Below are positions 49,901-56,000 of a DNA stretch of 64,000 nucleotides, one piece after another. The position numbers and the translations under genes are program-made. Each line of letters starts with the position of its first letter. Position 1 is the first letter of the stretch. Location: IMG/VR virus record IMGVR_UViG_3300043399_000297, positions 1 to 64,000 of that record; one strand, written 5' to 3'. The notes under the pieces are model-generated. The model saw only the letters and a program-made list of their open reading frames with translations. It was not told the origin of the DNA and did no database searches.

Positions 49901-52900
49901 GTTTGCGTTGTTTCAAATAATGACAATACATTTGTTCTCGGTAAGTGGGAACCGATCGGCAGCGATTATCCATTGCTCAATGCATTAGATAGAGCAGAAG
50001 GTTATTATCAGCCCACTGTCAATATGCCGGGCCGTGATCTAACACAATTGTTCGAAGGAATTACATACCCCAATCCTATTGTAAGAGGCAATAAGTTTGA
50101 ACCCGATCAGCAATATGATATCGATACTATCATAATTGATAGTCCGTTCTACCCAACAAACGTAGACATTTCAAGCGTCATATACAACAATGGAATATAT
50201 TTAGCAAGTGCTAATCTACCCAACTATAGCGCAATAATTATTAGTTTGGACGGCGATACTTGGGGCATAGGTAAACTAACAGAGTTTAATATTGATACTA
50301 CTGATATAATATGTCTAAATGGAAATTATATAATCACATCTACTAATGTTGTAACTCCTGTGTTCAAGAGTGTAGATGGGATAAACTGGTCAGTAACCGG
50401 CGGCTATATTCCATATGGTGTCTATGATGAATATGGTGTTCCTGTAGTAACCAAACCAATTGGCACAGTAGGACTATCACTTAATGCGATAACATATTAT
50501 AACGGTAAGTATATTGCAGCAGGAAATAATATTGTAAACAGTGATGACTTGTATACTTGGAGAGCATTGACTCAGTTTGAAACTGCGTTTGACATTAATC
50601 TATATGATATAGCAAGTGTTAATATTCCTGGATTCGTCGGCGTCGTTTCGGTTGGTTCTGGTAAGCGATATAGTTATGAGAACGGATTTACAGAATTAGT
50701 AGATACTGATATCGTAGCCTATAGCAATGATGGTGTTAACTATTCCCGTTCCAACAGTTTTACCAACAAAGCATTGTATGGAGTAACTAGCGATTCAAAT
50801 ACTATTGTTGTAGTAGGTGAAGCTGGCGTAATATATTATAGTTTAAATGGTGCAAATTATTTAGGTGTTAATGAAGTGGGTGTCACTTCCATTAATGCAG
50901 CTACTAATCAAATCAATGTAAACAATACCGCTGGATTTAATGTCAATGACACTGTTCAGTTTACTGGCTCCTTTGGAACAATAACTGCTTACACCACTTA
51001 CTATATCAAAACTATTGATTCATCTACGCAAATTACAATTTCTGAAACATTAGCTGGTACTACTAAACAATTAGTAGACGTTACTGCTGGTAATTTTATA
51101 ATTGGTCAAACTTATATCATTACAAGTGTAGGGACAACTAACTTCATTGCTATAGGTGCAAGTAGTAATACAGTTGGTGTAACATTTACTGCTACTGGTA
51201 TCGGCACCGGCGACGGTACAGCATCAATCGTAATTAATGGTGTAATAGGTGGCACAATACCTGAGCAAACATTAATGAATTACTATGATAGTCTAGATCC
51301 TACTCCTAGTAACCTTAATAAGGTTTGCTATGCAAACGGTATCTTCTTTGCAGTAGGCGATAACGGAACAGTGAGAACATCAAGCGATGGCATTGTTTGG
51401 ACTACTCAAACAACAGGTACTACAGAAAATCTCACGAGCGTAAGTTATGTTGACAATAGTAAGTTTGTTATTGCTGGTGACAACAATATAGTATTGTTTA
51501 CTGAAGATAATGGGTTGACTTATACATCTAATGTTGTCTTCGAAGTCGCAGCACCTATCTATACTATAAAGGGCGCCGACTTCCCATATGGATATGGTCC
51601 TGAAGAGTTAGTACCGGGCAACATTGTTGATAACTTGCAGATGATTGTCAACACGAGACCCGGCACTAACTGGCCCGGTCCCGAATATGGACACACTGGC
51701 TTCAACGTAGTATCGGTAGAAGTAATTCCATCTCAGCAATATCAAACTATGTTTAGCTTTAAGAACATAGTAGAAACTCCGGCGCAAGTTAGACTACAAG
51801 TAATTAATGGGTCTACATATTTAGGTACTACTTTATATCCTACTGAGTATACTATTGACTGGGTAAACAAAATAATTACACTTAATGAACCATTAAACTT
51901 TTTCCCAATAAAAGATATATTAAGAATCGATGTATATGAAGTAGGCAACGGTGATCAATTAGTTAAAGCTAATACTGACACTGATCCTATTCGTGTAAAT
52001 CCAGAAACAATGTTTACTGAGATTTTTGTAAACTGCGACTACAATCAACCAATCTTCTTGGGAAGTGGTGTTATTAAAACTGGAACAAGTAGTGTAGTTG
52101 TGCGTGCATTTGAAACTAACGAAATCACTGACAGAATCACTTGCGATGATGTTTCACAGTTCACGCTCAACACCGGTATTACTTTTCAGGGACTACCGTT
52201 CGGAGGCCTTGAAGAAAATACAAACTACTACGTAAAAAGTATTAGTTACGCAACCAACTCAATTACTGTTTCTCTTAGCTATAATCCAGTTACTGGCTTA
52301 GCTGGACCAACTGTAGAATTGACTACAGCAACTGGTGAGATGTATGCTAATATACAAAATGGCAATGGAGTTCCCTGGACTGATCCAATTGTATATCACA
52401 ATGGAAACAAATTAGTATTGGGAACAACCGGATTAGTCACGAGAACAAAAGCGAGCAATAACGCATTAACGACAAATACAACTGCTGGTTTAATAGTGGG
52501 TACTCCTATTAGTTTCTGTGAATGTATATTTGGTGGAATCATCGAACCATTCGTCACATATTATATTGCAACTATCGTTGATGACAATGAGTTCACTATC
52601 AGCGCGACACAAGGTGGTCCAATATTACCACTTAATGATTCAACTGGTGGAACTACATTTATTACAAATGATTATGCGTTTGGTATTCAACCAGATGGTA
52701 TTTCAGCTAAAATTATGTTCCCTGTTCCAACTTATACTAATAATACTGATTATATAGTTTACTCATTGTTAGGTGAAACAGCACCAGAACAATATGGATA
52801 TAGTATACCTGAAACTCAATATTTTGTTGGCAACGGAGCAACGTCTCAGTTCAATTTAGATAACTTTGTAGGTGAGAATAATCCCAATAATGCAATCGTA

Positions 52901-55207
52901 GAGGTAGATGGTCTTAGACTAACGGCAAGTGACTACGTAATAAACTCTATTGCAAACACAATCTTGTTTGCAAGTCCACCGGCTAACGGTTCTAATATCA
53001 GCGTCACAACATATAATGATACTAAGCAGCAATATCTAACTAGTCAATACCAGTTAGCAGGAAACACTGTTTCTCCGCTAACACTGACTGTGGGATCAAC
53101 TACGCACTCGATTGGCACGTTTGATCAAAACTTGCCCGCTGTTCAAACATTCGATGAAAACGCACCTAGTGTCGTGTTGTTTGACCAAAATCTAAACTAC
53201 CTAACGTTACTTGCGCCTGACACTACAAGTTCTCTCAACATTAATGATAATGTAGTATTCAGTGAACCTACTATAGGTGGAATTGTAGCAGGAAGAACTT
53301 ATTATGTTACGCAAATTATTGACAGTGTAAGTTTTGTAGTTTCTGAAACAGTAGGCGGAGATCCCATAACATTAAATGTCTACGCAGCCGGTGATTTTGT
53401 GATTGGTCAAACTTATGTTATAGAGACATTAGGAAGTACTAATTTTACATTGATCGGCGCGGCTAGCAATACAGTAGGATTGAGCTTTACTGCAACTGGT
53501 ATAGGATCAGGTACAGGAACTGCCTATGTTCAAACTGTTATAGGTTCGATGCCAATTAATTCTTCGTCGTTGCAAGTTTGTAAGATTGTCAACGTTGATA
53601 ACAATATTGTTGCTCCTATATCAATTGAGGTATCTAATACTACGAGCGGGACAAATCAAATTACAGTATCAACTGGATTTAACACAACTGGATTCTTGCC
53701 TAATCAAACCGTTATATTTAAGGGAACTGCATTCGGGGGAATCTACACAGACGGAACTGTGTATTTTGTTGACACTGTAGTAAGCTCTACGAAGTTCACT
53801 ATTAAGGATTATGACGGTAATCAAATAACATTAAGTACCGATAGTGGATCAATGTCAGTAGAAGTTGGAGGAACCCCAACTACGAGAATAACTACATTAT
53901 CTGCAAACGATTTCTATGACAATATTGTTGTTAGAATAGACGGCGTGCTTGGATCAACACAATTAAATAATAATATATTCTATGTAAAGGTGATTACACC
54001 TTATGTGTTCGACATTTACACAGAACCTTATACCGACGCACAATATGGAATTAACTATCCGGTTACAAATGTGTCCACTTATATAAGCGGCGGATATGTT
54101 TGGGTAGCTGGATCGTTCTTCTTAGCCACTACTATTGCAACAGAAACAACTACGTCAGGTAACTTTATCACAGTAGATGATGCGAGTGAATTAATAGTAG
54201 GAACTCCTGTATACTTTAACAAACCCGGAAATCTAAACGGTGATGTATTGTTGGGTGGACTTGTTCAAGGCACAGAATATTATGTGTTGGATGTTAACTA
54301 TACATTTAATAAGTTTACTATATCCGACGTTCGTTATGGTGAAGAGTTTGTGTTGACAAGTGATATTGGAGCAATGGATGTTATTCAGTGGTCTCAAACT
54401 AATGTTAACAGGTTGTATGTAACTGTTAATGGTTATAGAGTACCTTCAAGTAACTTAAGATTGAATCCATACAATGAAGTAAGTATTTTAACTGAAATCT
54501 TACCAGGTGATCAAGTTATAATCACTAGTATGATTCCTACTGCGACACCAAACGAACAAATTTATATGAATGTAGTCGATAAAGAAGGCGAGCAGATAAT
54601 TTATAACTGCAATTCGCATACTAGAACTTGGCTTACTTACCCAATATATGAATTAAGTGATACGATTCAAGTATACGATGTAACTAAATTAACTAATACT
54701 GTAGTTCAGAATGTGTCTTGCCCCGAGATTGACAATGGGTATTACTATATCGGTCTTACAGCAGACAAACGAATTATATCATCAGTGACAGTGTACAATA
54801 ACACAACCAACTCAGTAATACCATCTGAATATTATGAAATTGTATTAGTAAGTATTGCTCCTCAAGTTAAAATTCTTGGTGGTAATTACATTAATGAAGG
54901 TGATAGTTTGACTATCACTATACTTGAAGGTAATACTATTATGATTAACGGAGAACAAATTAGATTTACAACAGTAGATGTAGAAAACAACACACTAAAT
55001 GGGTTAGAAAGAGGTTGCAACGGAACAGCAATGCAATCTGTAATTCCTAAGTACTTAGATGTGTTTGGCTTGTTAACTACTAACATACTTTATAATGAAT
55101 ACTATGATAAAACTTGGAATTCATATGTGTATAATCAAGTAGAAGGAGATCCATTGCAGATTAGCAATACTATCCCGGCTATATTCTTAAATACTGACCT
55201 ACCGTAA
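34949..55207 (+). CDS. Giant modular virion structural protein (6752 aa; gp7-like baseplate wedge position) with beta-propeller, Asp-box and repeated beta modules
   Basis: Uninterrupted 20.3-kb ORF after gp6; YINEVKPYHV motif; FG-GAP-like and SxDGxxW repeats. Confidence 0.8.
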   Translation: MARIRTLNFLPEVFQTPTNSQFLAATLDQIVSEPNTVKQQGYIGSKLGYGVNALDYYVTEPTKTRVDYQLDPSVVFTKPNETIAQDFITYPGILDALKLQGSITDDNSELFQSQFYSWDSFVDLDKLVNYQEYYWLPEGPPSVSVSPGLVYSVEEYIVTDYDNQYGINEKTAQNSGPLNPTLTLLRGGSYTFSVNQNSQFFIQTLPGTSGYSPIQPNIPTREVYGVENNGASTGFVTFDVPLKDAQDEYDFPGNNIVDLICTTPFSQVNGQILGTFTDPATGVTYNGLSDIDGITGIDGLRIMFYNTGISNEVGYINSYYGETSYDVNDDYFTSPLTVEISSTTNSGSYLTLGTGYTTDQLIVNQTITFDTPTLGGLSQNVVYFVKEILNSTDFTISEYIEGPALSVNDDAGTMIANINQGQYQQGFYSTVNDNFYRVQLVGTGPNPTIRLLPDGTIPTNQKITPQFGVTYINRPFYRNVNGVIGLIPIITAPLDVLYYQDGTNPNKVGEIRLVDTNADNYINVDTQIIGKVNYTSPNGVAFTNGLKIIFQGNIFPSRYLNQEYYVEGVGTSIELVPVLSLECPEKFTIGEYIPWDMFGFDAGPWDISLNIPVLPDYITIARNSINKNAWSRSNRWFHTDIITQTANYNNNPDILTRYATLENKAKRPIIEFYPNIKLFDSGSVGKNAVDFFDTRTTDAFSEVAGLYNYYPDVEVYTKNTAVIDSTITSPVSSSSLIVGKTYVITSKGTTNWNTAAGTTGFYYVEGQIFVCESTSVGTGTATELAYGTTITIPTADINGTFQEGMYVADYNNVLPVNTQLDNIQIVGSDTILTVSWDQPQNVDTTTTVIVGSDSTVNAYAVYPGARIVFANDSDLQVRNKIYVVDYATIGTSSQPIIVLSPAEDSMPLPDEMIAVNRGYNYQGKSFYYNGIMWDEAQLKIDVNQPPKFDVFDNNNISFGDTDVYNSSTFKGSTLFAYQIGDGPDDSILGFPIKYSSVATIGDIEFDVTLNSQTFNYVREFNSINQRINTGYVHDYNNDLTYDRLIGWETAIAPSTQYQVFNFDYKITTPNNILKIDIPMIDPIPYGQVGWPTIQVYYNNKYVDSINGSYTVTVEDNVTFVQLNTPPIVDTVVQVLLLSNETSANSYYTIPINLSNNPLNNDITDVKLGDIRMQYMDMFINAPNTTGDVFGKNNYRDCGDLVPYGTKIIQNSASLVLPGLFLRKQNNNLFNALLYNSREYINYKQLLVDTVQNTDYDRRYSPAQILDDAVDQISAARSEINSFFWSDMLPSKTPFRSNTYIFNSNLDTTRYPLSHVYNFESANYDGVLVYITREVNNNYVTKQLIRNVDYTIDQESPTVVVTLDLVPGDYITVNEYNQTYGSYVPNTPSKLGLYPLYIPEVILDSDYITPTYFILGHDGSYTKLYGDYIPEFDILTDFRDQVLLEFEQRIYNNCKLSTEVPIRIYEVLPGFFRESTYTYNEYLEMYSSSFLNWVGQNRLDYKTQYFNRNNEFTYNYTNSSNKLNRMPIQQGNFRGVYEYFYDTSTPNLTPWQMLGFSNMPTWWVDRYGPAPYTSGNEILWNDLEQGYIYNNGDGYIDSLFARPGLSNIIPVDQDGNLLSPLYSIVADYNPSTFQKDWKVGDDGPVEFSYRRSSSYPFDVIRIFALTRPAELYNLGVDLDNYKYNEEFNQYLVNDRSHLVISDIEVYGNGTAKTSYINWIVDYQKQVGVDATTEISTLLDNLDVRLVYRLAGFSDKTLLQFYVEKSSANTTDSALLIPDESYSILLYDNQPFEQLMYSSVIVQLNNDGTFSIYGNAQNFAYFTTYKPTTNSKIENYEVGNVKVTVSVDHTTEEQLVPYGTKFYTAQEVAQFLMNYDAYLQDKGMQFTSQIYGTEINFILMIQEFLYWIQTGWENGSIITLNPSATDIVIEKDGNVVQPLTLQQQNFILNQDLYPIQLNNLCVIRDENNFKVHTLNQGDSMSYAQFNIGNIEQAVVFDNVTLFNDLIYNTTTGLRQNRIYLRGAKTAEWNGTINAWGFILNQDNIKEWSRYVKYPKGIIVKYKNKYWTALTTVEPNNQFVEQQWKIIDYQDIQKGLLPNAANRAYESTLYYNSDKANLEQDADLLSFSLIGYRPRDYLAVADLTDITQVNVYKNLIRNKGTKNATYAFKGANLPQGGIDYTVYENWAIKTGEYGGVLNENFVEFKLDQPSLTGNPTIVSLTNGTPTVGSQQEVPLYDLFNYGRYVTDPNVLNTLDTTDNDILYPTAGYVNYNDVRMSSFYYAGLPNSVDKSGTLIPINDFYVRDYVWLANYKETWQVYTWKPIGQVLQVRGNLNGTTVVTFAEPHNLKKLDSLSIINFANNVNGYYIITEVINLYEVEINLSIPNRTINAQIQGTGIGLTFTSQRVTKPGDISNLDLTQSEFSKNTVWVDENTDGNWAVYRKGLNYNLNASITKESSSNFGSSVAFTNVGDYLIGDSNLGEVYRYSINNDGTYQVTETLSGDTSFGSSIVYATSKPIYAITEPTSANPKVQIYVINTNTALTDDYLLVQTIDAPISITDWGSSVAISNDGNYLFIRDVGNTQFYVYARQHLPLNAGYFVSGETYEITELGDTDFTAIGAIENKVGIIFVATGIGTGTGSATQISYKYANVIDGSSIYNIGDNFGFDISTNDDASSVVITAPNFDQVSGVTDWGSATVYQKTQQTFEAQFTSNENTPQFFDLIWSPNSINKTVLSTNSAGNIITLNNTSALTVNDPIIFYGGGLEGTNINGYKVYYINSISGSNITIKTSRSSTTPVTLATEVTVNADAAITNVPLFVYRNGTLVDDSNYGVINSQLVYTTVLNAGDIINVQGSQYNDVQTFNSSRDDRINIQFGYSVDNALKGSEILIGSPYEINDENQEGQVYRYTNLGAKIGIIIAENECNITSDCAFLLNGYSVYATAGDTAVDVANNINTSKIPNVQASSVNNKLMIEILNENMSIVNSKLQITVVDKTVLEDLGITLYTNTQVISCPHKEGPTQFGKKIKFNEFGSAAIGAPVGTRYQATTFDFTDDENLHNDTVFDNNATRFIDQWPNAGAVYMFDLLANYTNDTVDPGKFAYAQPVNSDSELFGNSPYYGIAIDFNEYNVIVGAPNYLPFIDSGQATVYTNYTGVRDWSEYRQSSAIVDVSKIQDTQLFSNLTNNTLVNLDYMDPLQGKLLGVVRENIDFVSKVDPAYYNSDSSPLTGKVWGADNIGEIWFNTENVRFINYHQNDVVYNSKYWGTLFPGSDVAMYTWVISDVPPSNYPGPGIPYDFNLYSVGGTLNASNVVVPVYYFWVRNSGIVTQKRNKTLSDITLAQYVANPQNSGIAYMAPILPNTFALYNSGQYINADDTVFHLGYANGTSDDVSHSEYALIRENFEDDFLPGLPLTVNTSHNLAQHGLYPAISNEEPYSLYARMLDSLSGCTFNTDPEQLAGQVVPDPFLPINYQSGILVRPRQSFFYDRLLALKNYITYANEVLMNYPITELKPDLYFLFTSGEYYNTADYWEYTDWYYPGYNSATKPTLQVREYADLSGLNVAVNTIVKVLTNGAGLNEFYRYDGQDVWTRVYLQNGTIQFKSSLYDYSANKIGFGGDFFDTATFDNYPSTETRYIIRALNEQIYTEDLLPYRNKSLILLFEYIQSETIESQNYLPWLNKTSLMDVSHIIRELKPYEVFKSDNQVFLEGYINEVKPYHVVIKDFLFKYTGTEEYNLSNLTDFDVPATYNENYRKYISPQLVYSTPNNEYEYELNNDIWNTAPYYQYYNNRGMTLDGQPEYLITRLSTYVSIGDNYLVVDNSAGFPINGTITIDEEIISYAYVDRAYNILYGLVRGLQGTRQATHLPGSEIYMDLPPIVVLDGGRNYVNPPSIKCVYDSAFPEPIIPAILEPIMAAGTLIGVDVVEPGYGYMAQPTIEIAPSSEIYFSQTAINSLLHTINLSNVNLYTGDIVRFKAGTNGVAPTKLVDGEWYYVNVLESVPSYIIALYSNYSDAIKDHDRIEIAVNGTSSDMALLPGAKAYAITSSSPTRENNIKLKFDRTTYTSQVLDWKESSYYSAYFAGKYYQPESLASSSYTLENTMPNIGDLLASASGVVFEIAEVNDDQYIDWSSYIRYVAETSSANNSIRLIPQDNNNDPLNPEVNNSGTTVGFYKNMPIKFVGAVIGNLVDSTTYYVSEILSEIEFTVSESIDGPVFALTNGSWPDNSTLLKCYTGNINSTTILTVNYPSILNVTNTTKTINSITVPLTSIGTGGTIGFYPTLPLFFTSNGNNSVFGNIVENRPYYVNTIIDNENFTISESEDVISTTVTETNQTTDTVTVDSTENFNINDPIIFNNFVFTAGDFVIGQTYTILTVGTTDYTSIGSISNVVGTTFTATGVGSGTGTASSNLFGTIESGTLYCVNEIVSSTELKISTKANFDVYALNDQIGTATLTDQSNTVALTTAEGSMYVNVSLPVSPGQIDGQKFSFYKTSGQYVELSGSVSNLIETDINATISSVDRVALAFNTDMTNFYVNMPIEVSVNVGGLVTGTPYYITEYSGELIPDPDPENVGKYINRPNIQVTVSNTSDIENVLTCDTTESLFVGMPIVFSGVGLGGITIGQQYFVSSINDSTRFTIASTKESTTTVTQVDSITLNITVNDTSIFNVGDGVMFRGSIVGGQLDSTTTYYVETIGVNTIKVTDTKYSNGTLGAPIDPGTGTGNFTIANIVVLTAASGTMIGTGDPYIKLSSTLSPSTPVALTDDNSGSSKMIQYPDPLGSYPTFSISYLLGGYRVLIINSSSGFAINNTITIPGTDVGGSSPANDITLIVNQINTTGEILDVIANGTVPVTSNQYYLQVRSPNTLAVYSDPLMDIPVSYNDFDYVGFTKVGVSQVSSIGNYITVTDSSVFAENDEVIFTGTSLGNIVIGKSYYIYYIFSPTVVIVSETPYGPMFDPGNGTGSASDLTMAKAGSFCVLPEPFYFNQSIVRYNNRLYVCVVSNNDNTFVLGKWEPIGSDYPLLNALDRAEGYYQPTVNMPGRDLTQLFEGITYPNPIVRGNKFEPDQQYDIDTIIIDSPFYPTNVDISSVIYNNGIYLASANLPNYSAIIISLDGDTWGIGKLTEFNIDTTDIICLNGNYIITSTNVVTPVFKSVDGINWSVTGGYIPYGVYDEYGVPVVTKPIGTVGLSLNAITYYNGKYIAAGNNIVNSDDLYTWRALTQFETAFDINLYDIASVNIPGFVGVVSVGSGKRYSYENGFTELVDTDIVAYSNDGVNYSRSNSFTNKALYGVTSDSNTIVVVGEAGVIYYSLNGANYLGVNEVGVTSINAATNQINVNNTAGFNVNDTVQFTGSFGTITAYTTYYIKTIDSSTQITISETLAGTTKQLVDVTAGNFIIGQTYIITSVGTTNFIAIGASSNTVGVTFTATGIGTGDGTASIVINGVIGGTIPEQTLMNYYDSLDPTPSNLNKVCYANGIFFAVGDNGTVRTSSDGIVWTTQTTGTTENLTSVSYVDNSKFVIAGDNNIVLFTEDNGLTYTSNVVFEVAAPIYTIKGADFPYGYGPEELVPGNIVDNLQMIVNTRPGTNWPGPEYGHTGFNVVSVEVIPSQQYQTMFSFKNIVETPAQVRLQVINGSTYLGTTLYPTEYTIDWVNKIITLNEPLNFFPIKDILRIDVYEVGNGDQLVKANTDTDPIRVNPETMFTEIFVNCDYNQPIFLGSGVIKTGTSSVVVRAFETNEITDRITCDDVSQFTLNTGITFQGLPFGGLEENTNYYVKSISYATNSITVSLSYNPVTGLAGPTVELTTATGEMYANIQNGNGVPWTDPIVYHNGNKLVLGTTGLVTRTKASNNALTTNTTAGLIVGTPISFCECIFGGIIEPFVTYYIATIVDDNEFTISATQGGPILPLNDSTGGTTFITNDYAFGIQPDGISAKIMFPVPTYTNNTDYIVYSLLGETAPEQYGYSIPETQYFVGNGATSQFNLDNFVGENNPNNAIVEVDGLRLTASDYVINSIANTILFASPPANGSNISVTTYNDTKQQYLTSQYQLAGNTVSPLTLTVGSTTHSIGTFDQNLPAVQTFDENAPSVVLFDQNLNYLTLLAPDTTSSLNINDNVVFSEPTIGGIVAGRTYYVTQIIDSVSFVVSETVGGDPITLNVYAAGDFVIGQTYVIETLGSTNFTLIGAASNTVGLSFTATGIGSGTGTAYVQTVIGSMPINSSSLQVCKIVNVDNNIVAPISIEVSNTTSGTNQITVSTGFNTTGFLPNQTVIFKGTAFGGIYTDGTVYFVDTVVSSTKFTIKDYDGNQITLSTDSGSMSVEVGGTPTTRITTLSANDFYDNIVVRIDGVLGSTQLNNNIFYVKVITPYVFDIYTEPYTDAQYGINYPVTNVSTYISGGYVWVAGSFFLATTIATETTTSGNFITVDDASELIVGTPVYFNKPGNLNGDVLLGGLVQGTEYYVLDVNYTFNKFTISDVRYGEEFVLTSDIGAMDVIQWSQTNVNRLYVTVNGYRVPSSNLRLNPYNEVSILTEILPGDQVIITSMIPTATPNEQIYMNVVDKEGEQIIYNCNSHTRTWLTYPIYELSDTIQVYDVTKLTNTVVQNVSCPEIDNGYYYIGLTADKRIISSVTVYNNTTNSVIPSEYYEIVLVSIAPQVKILGGNYINEGDSLTITILEGNTIMINGEQIRFTTVDVENNTLNGLERGCNGTAMQSVIPKYLDVFGLLTTNILYNEYYDKTWNSYVYNQVEGDPLQISNTIPAIFLNTDLP

Positions 55208-55209
55208 AA

Positions 55210-55217
55210 GATAAATA
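55210..55217 (+). promoter_or_regulatory. Late promoter GATAAATA, 5 nt before a small ORF
   Basis: Recurrent motif. Confidence 0.7.
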
Positions 55218-55222
55218 GTTAG

Positions 55223-55366
55223 ATGAAACGTAGCAAAATAGAAAATAATAAGCCTTCCTCTAATAGAAAACCAAACGAAGTGGGCGGATTTTATTTTTCT
55301 TCTGGAATTAAGATTTTTGACCCGAACACTCAAGAAGTTTTGGTTCAAAAAAGAGGGGATAGTTAA
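55223..55366 (+). CDS. Small protein (47 aa, MKRSKIENNK...KIFDPNTQEVLVQKRGDS)
   Basis: Read by hand; own late promoter, TAATG overlap with next gene, motif shared with next gene. Confidence 0.75.
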   Translation: MKRSKIENNKPSSNRKPNEVGGFYFSSGIKIFDPNTQEVLVQKRGDS

Positions 55367-55986
55367 TGTCAGTTATTAATCTGTCATACAAGATTGAGGG
55401 ATTTCTCAAGATTTATGACCCCAACAACGGGGAAGTATTTGTAGATAAAAAGAATGCTATAAATTACGAGAATATGTCTGAAGCCATTGCAGACACGCTA
55501 AGCACTCGTGGGTATGGGGAAATTTATCAGATGGCATTTGGTAATGGCGGAGCCAGCGTAGATGACACTGGAGTTATTACATATCTTCCTCCTAACACAA
55601 CTGGTCAAAATGCCGCATTGTATAATGAAACTTACGCCAAGATCGTTGATGACACGAGTGTTTTCAATCTTGACCCTACTCGTAATAAGATGACAGTTTA
55701 TCATACAACAGGAACACTGTATTCTGATATTTTAGTTCAGTGTCTACTGGACTACGGTGAACCCGCCGGACAAGCAGCATTTGACAATAGTACGCAGACA
55801 GATGGCGCATATGTATTTGATGAACTAGGGCTATTAGCTAACTATGGCACTGATAACAATGGTAATGTAATCACTAGATTATTAACTCACGTAATATTTC
55901 ACCCGGTACAAAAATCACTAAACAGACAAATTCAAATCGACTATACAGTTAGAATTCAAAGTCTAACTAATCTAGTTACAATATAA
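55366..55986 (+). CDS. Virion structural protein (baseplate wedge/fibre-attachment candidate)
   Basis: MAFGNGG, FDELGL, THVIFHPVQKSLNR pattern; between giant protein and fibres. Confidence 0.65.
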   Translation: MSVINLSYKIEGFLKIYDPNNGEVFVDKKNAINYENMSEAIADTLSTRGYGEIYQMAFGNGGASVDDTGVITYLPPNTTGQNAALYNETYAKIVDDTSVFNLDPTRNKMTVYHTTGTLYSDILVQCLLDYGEPAGQAAFDNSTQTDGAYVFDELGLLANYGTDNNGNVITRLLTHVIFHPVQKSLNRQIQIDYTVRIQSLTNLVTI

Positions 55987-56000
55987 TATTGGAGTAAGCA

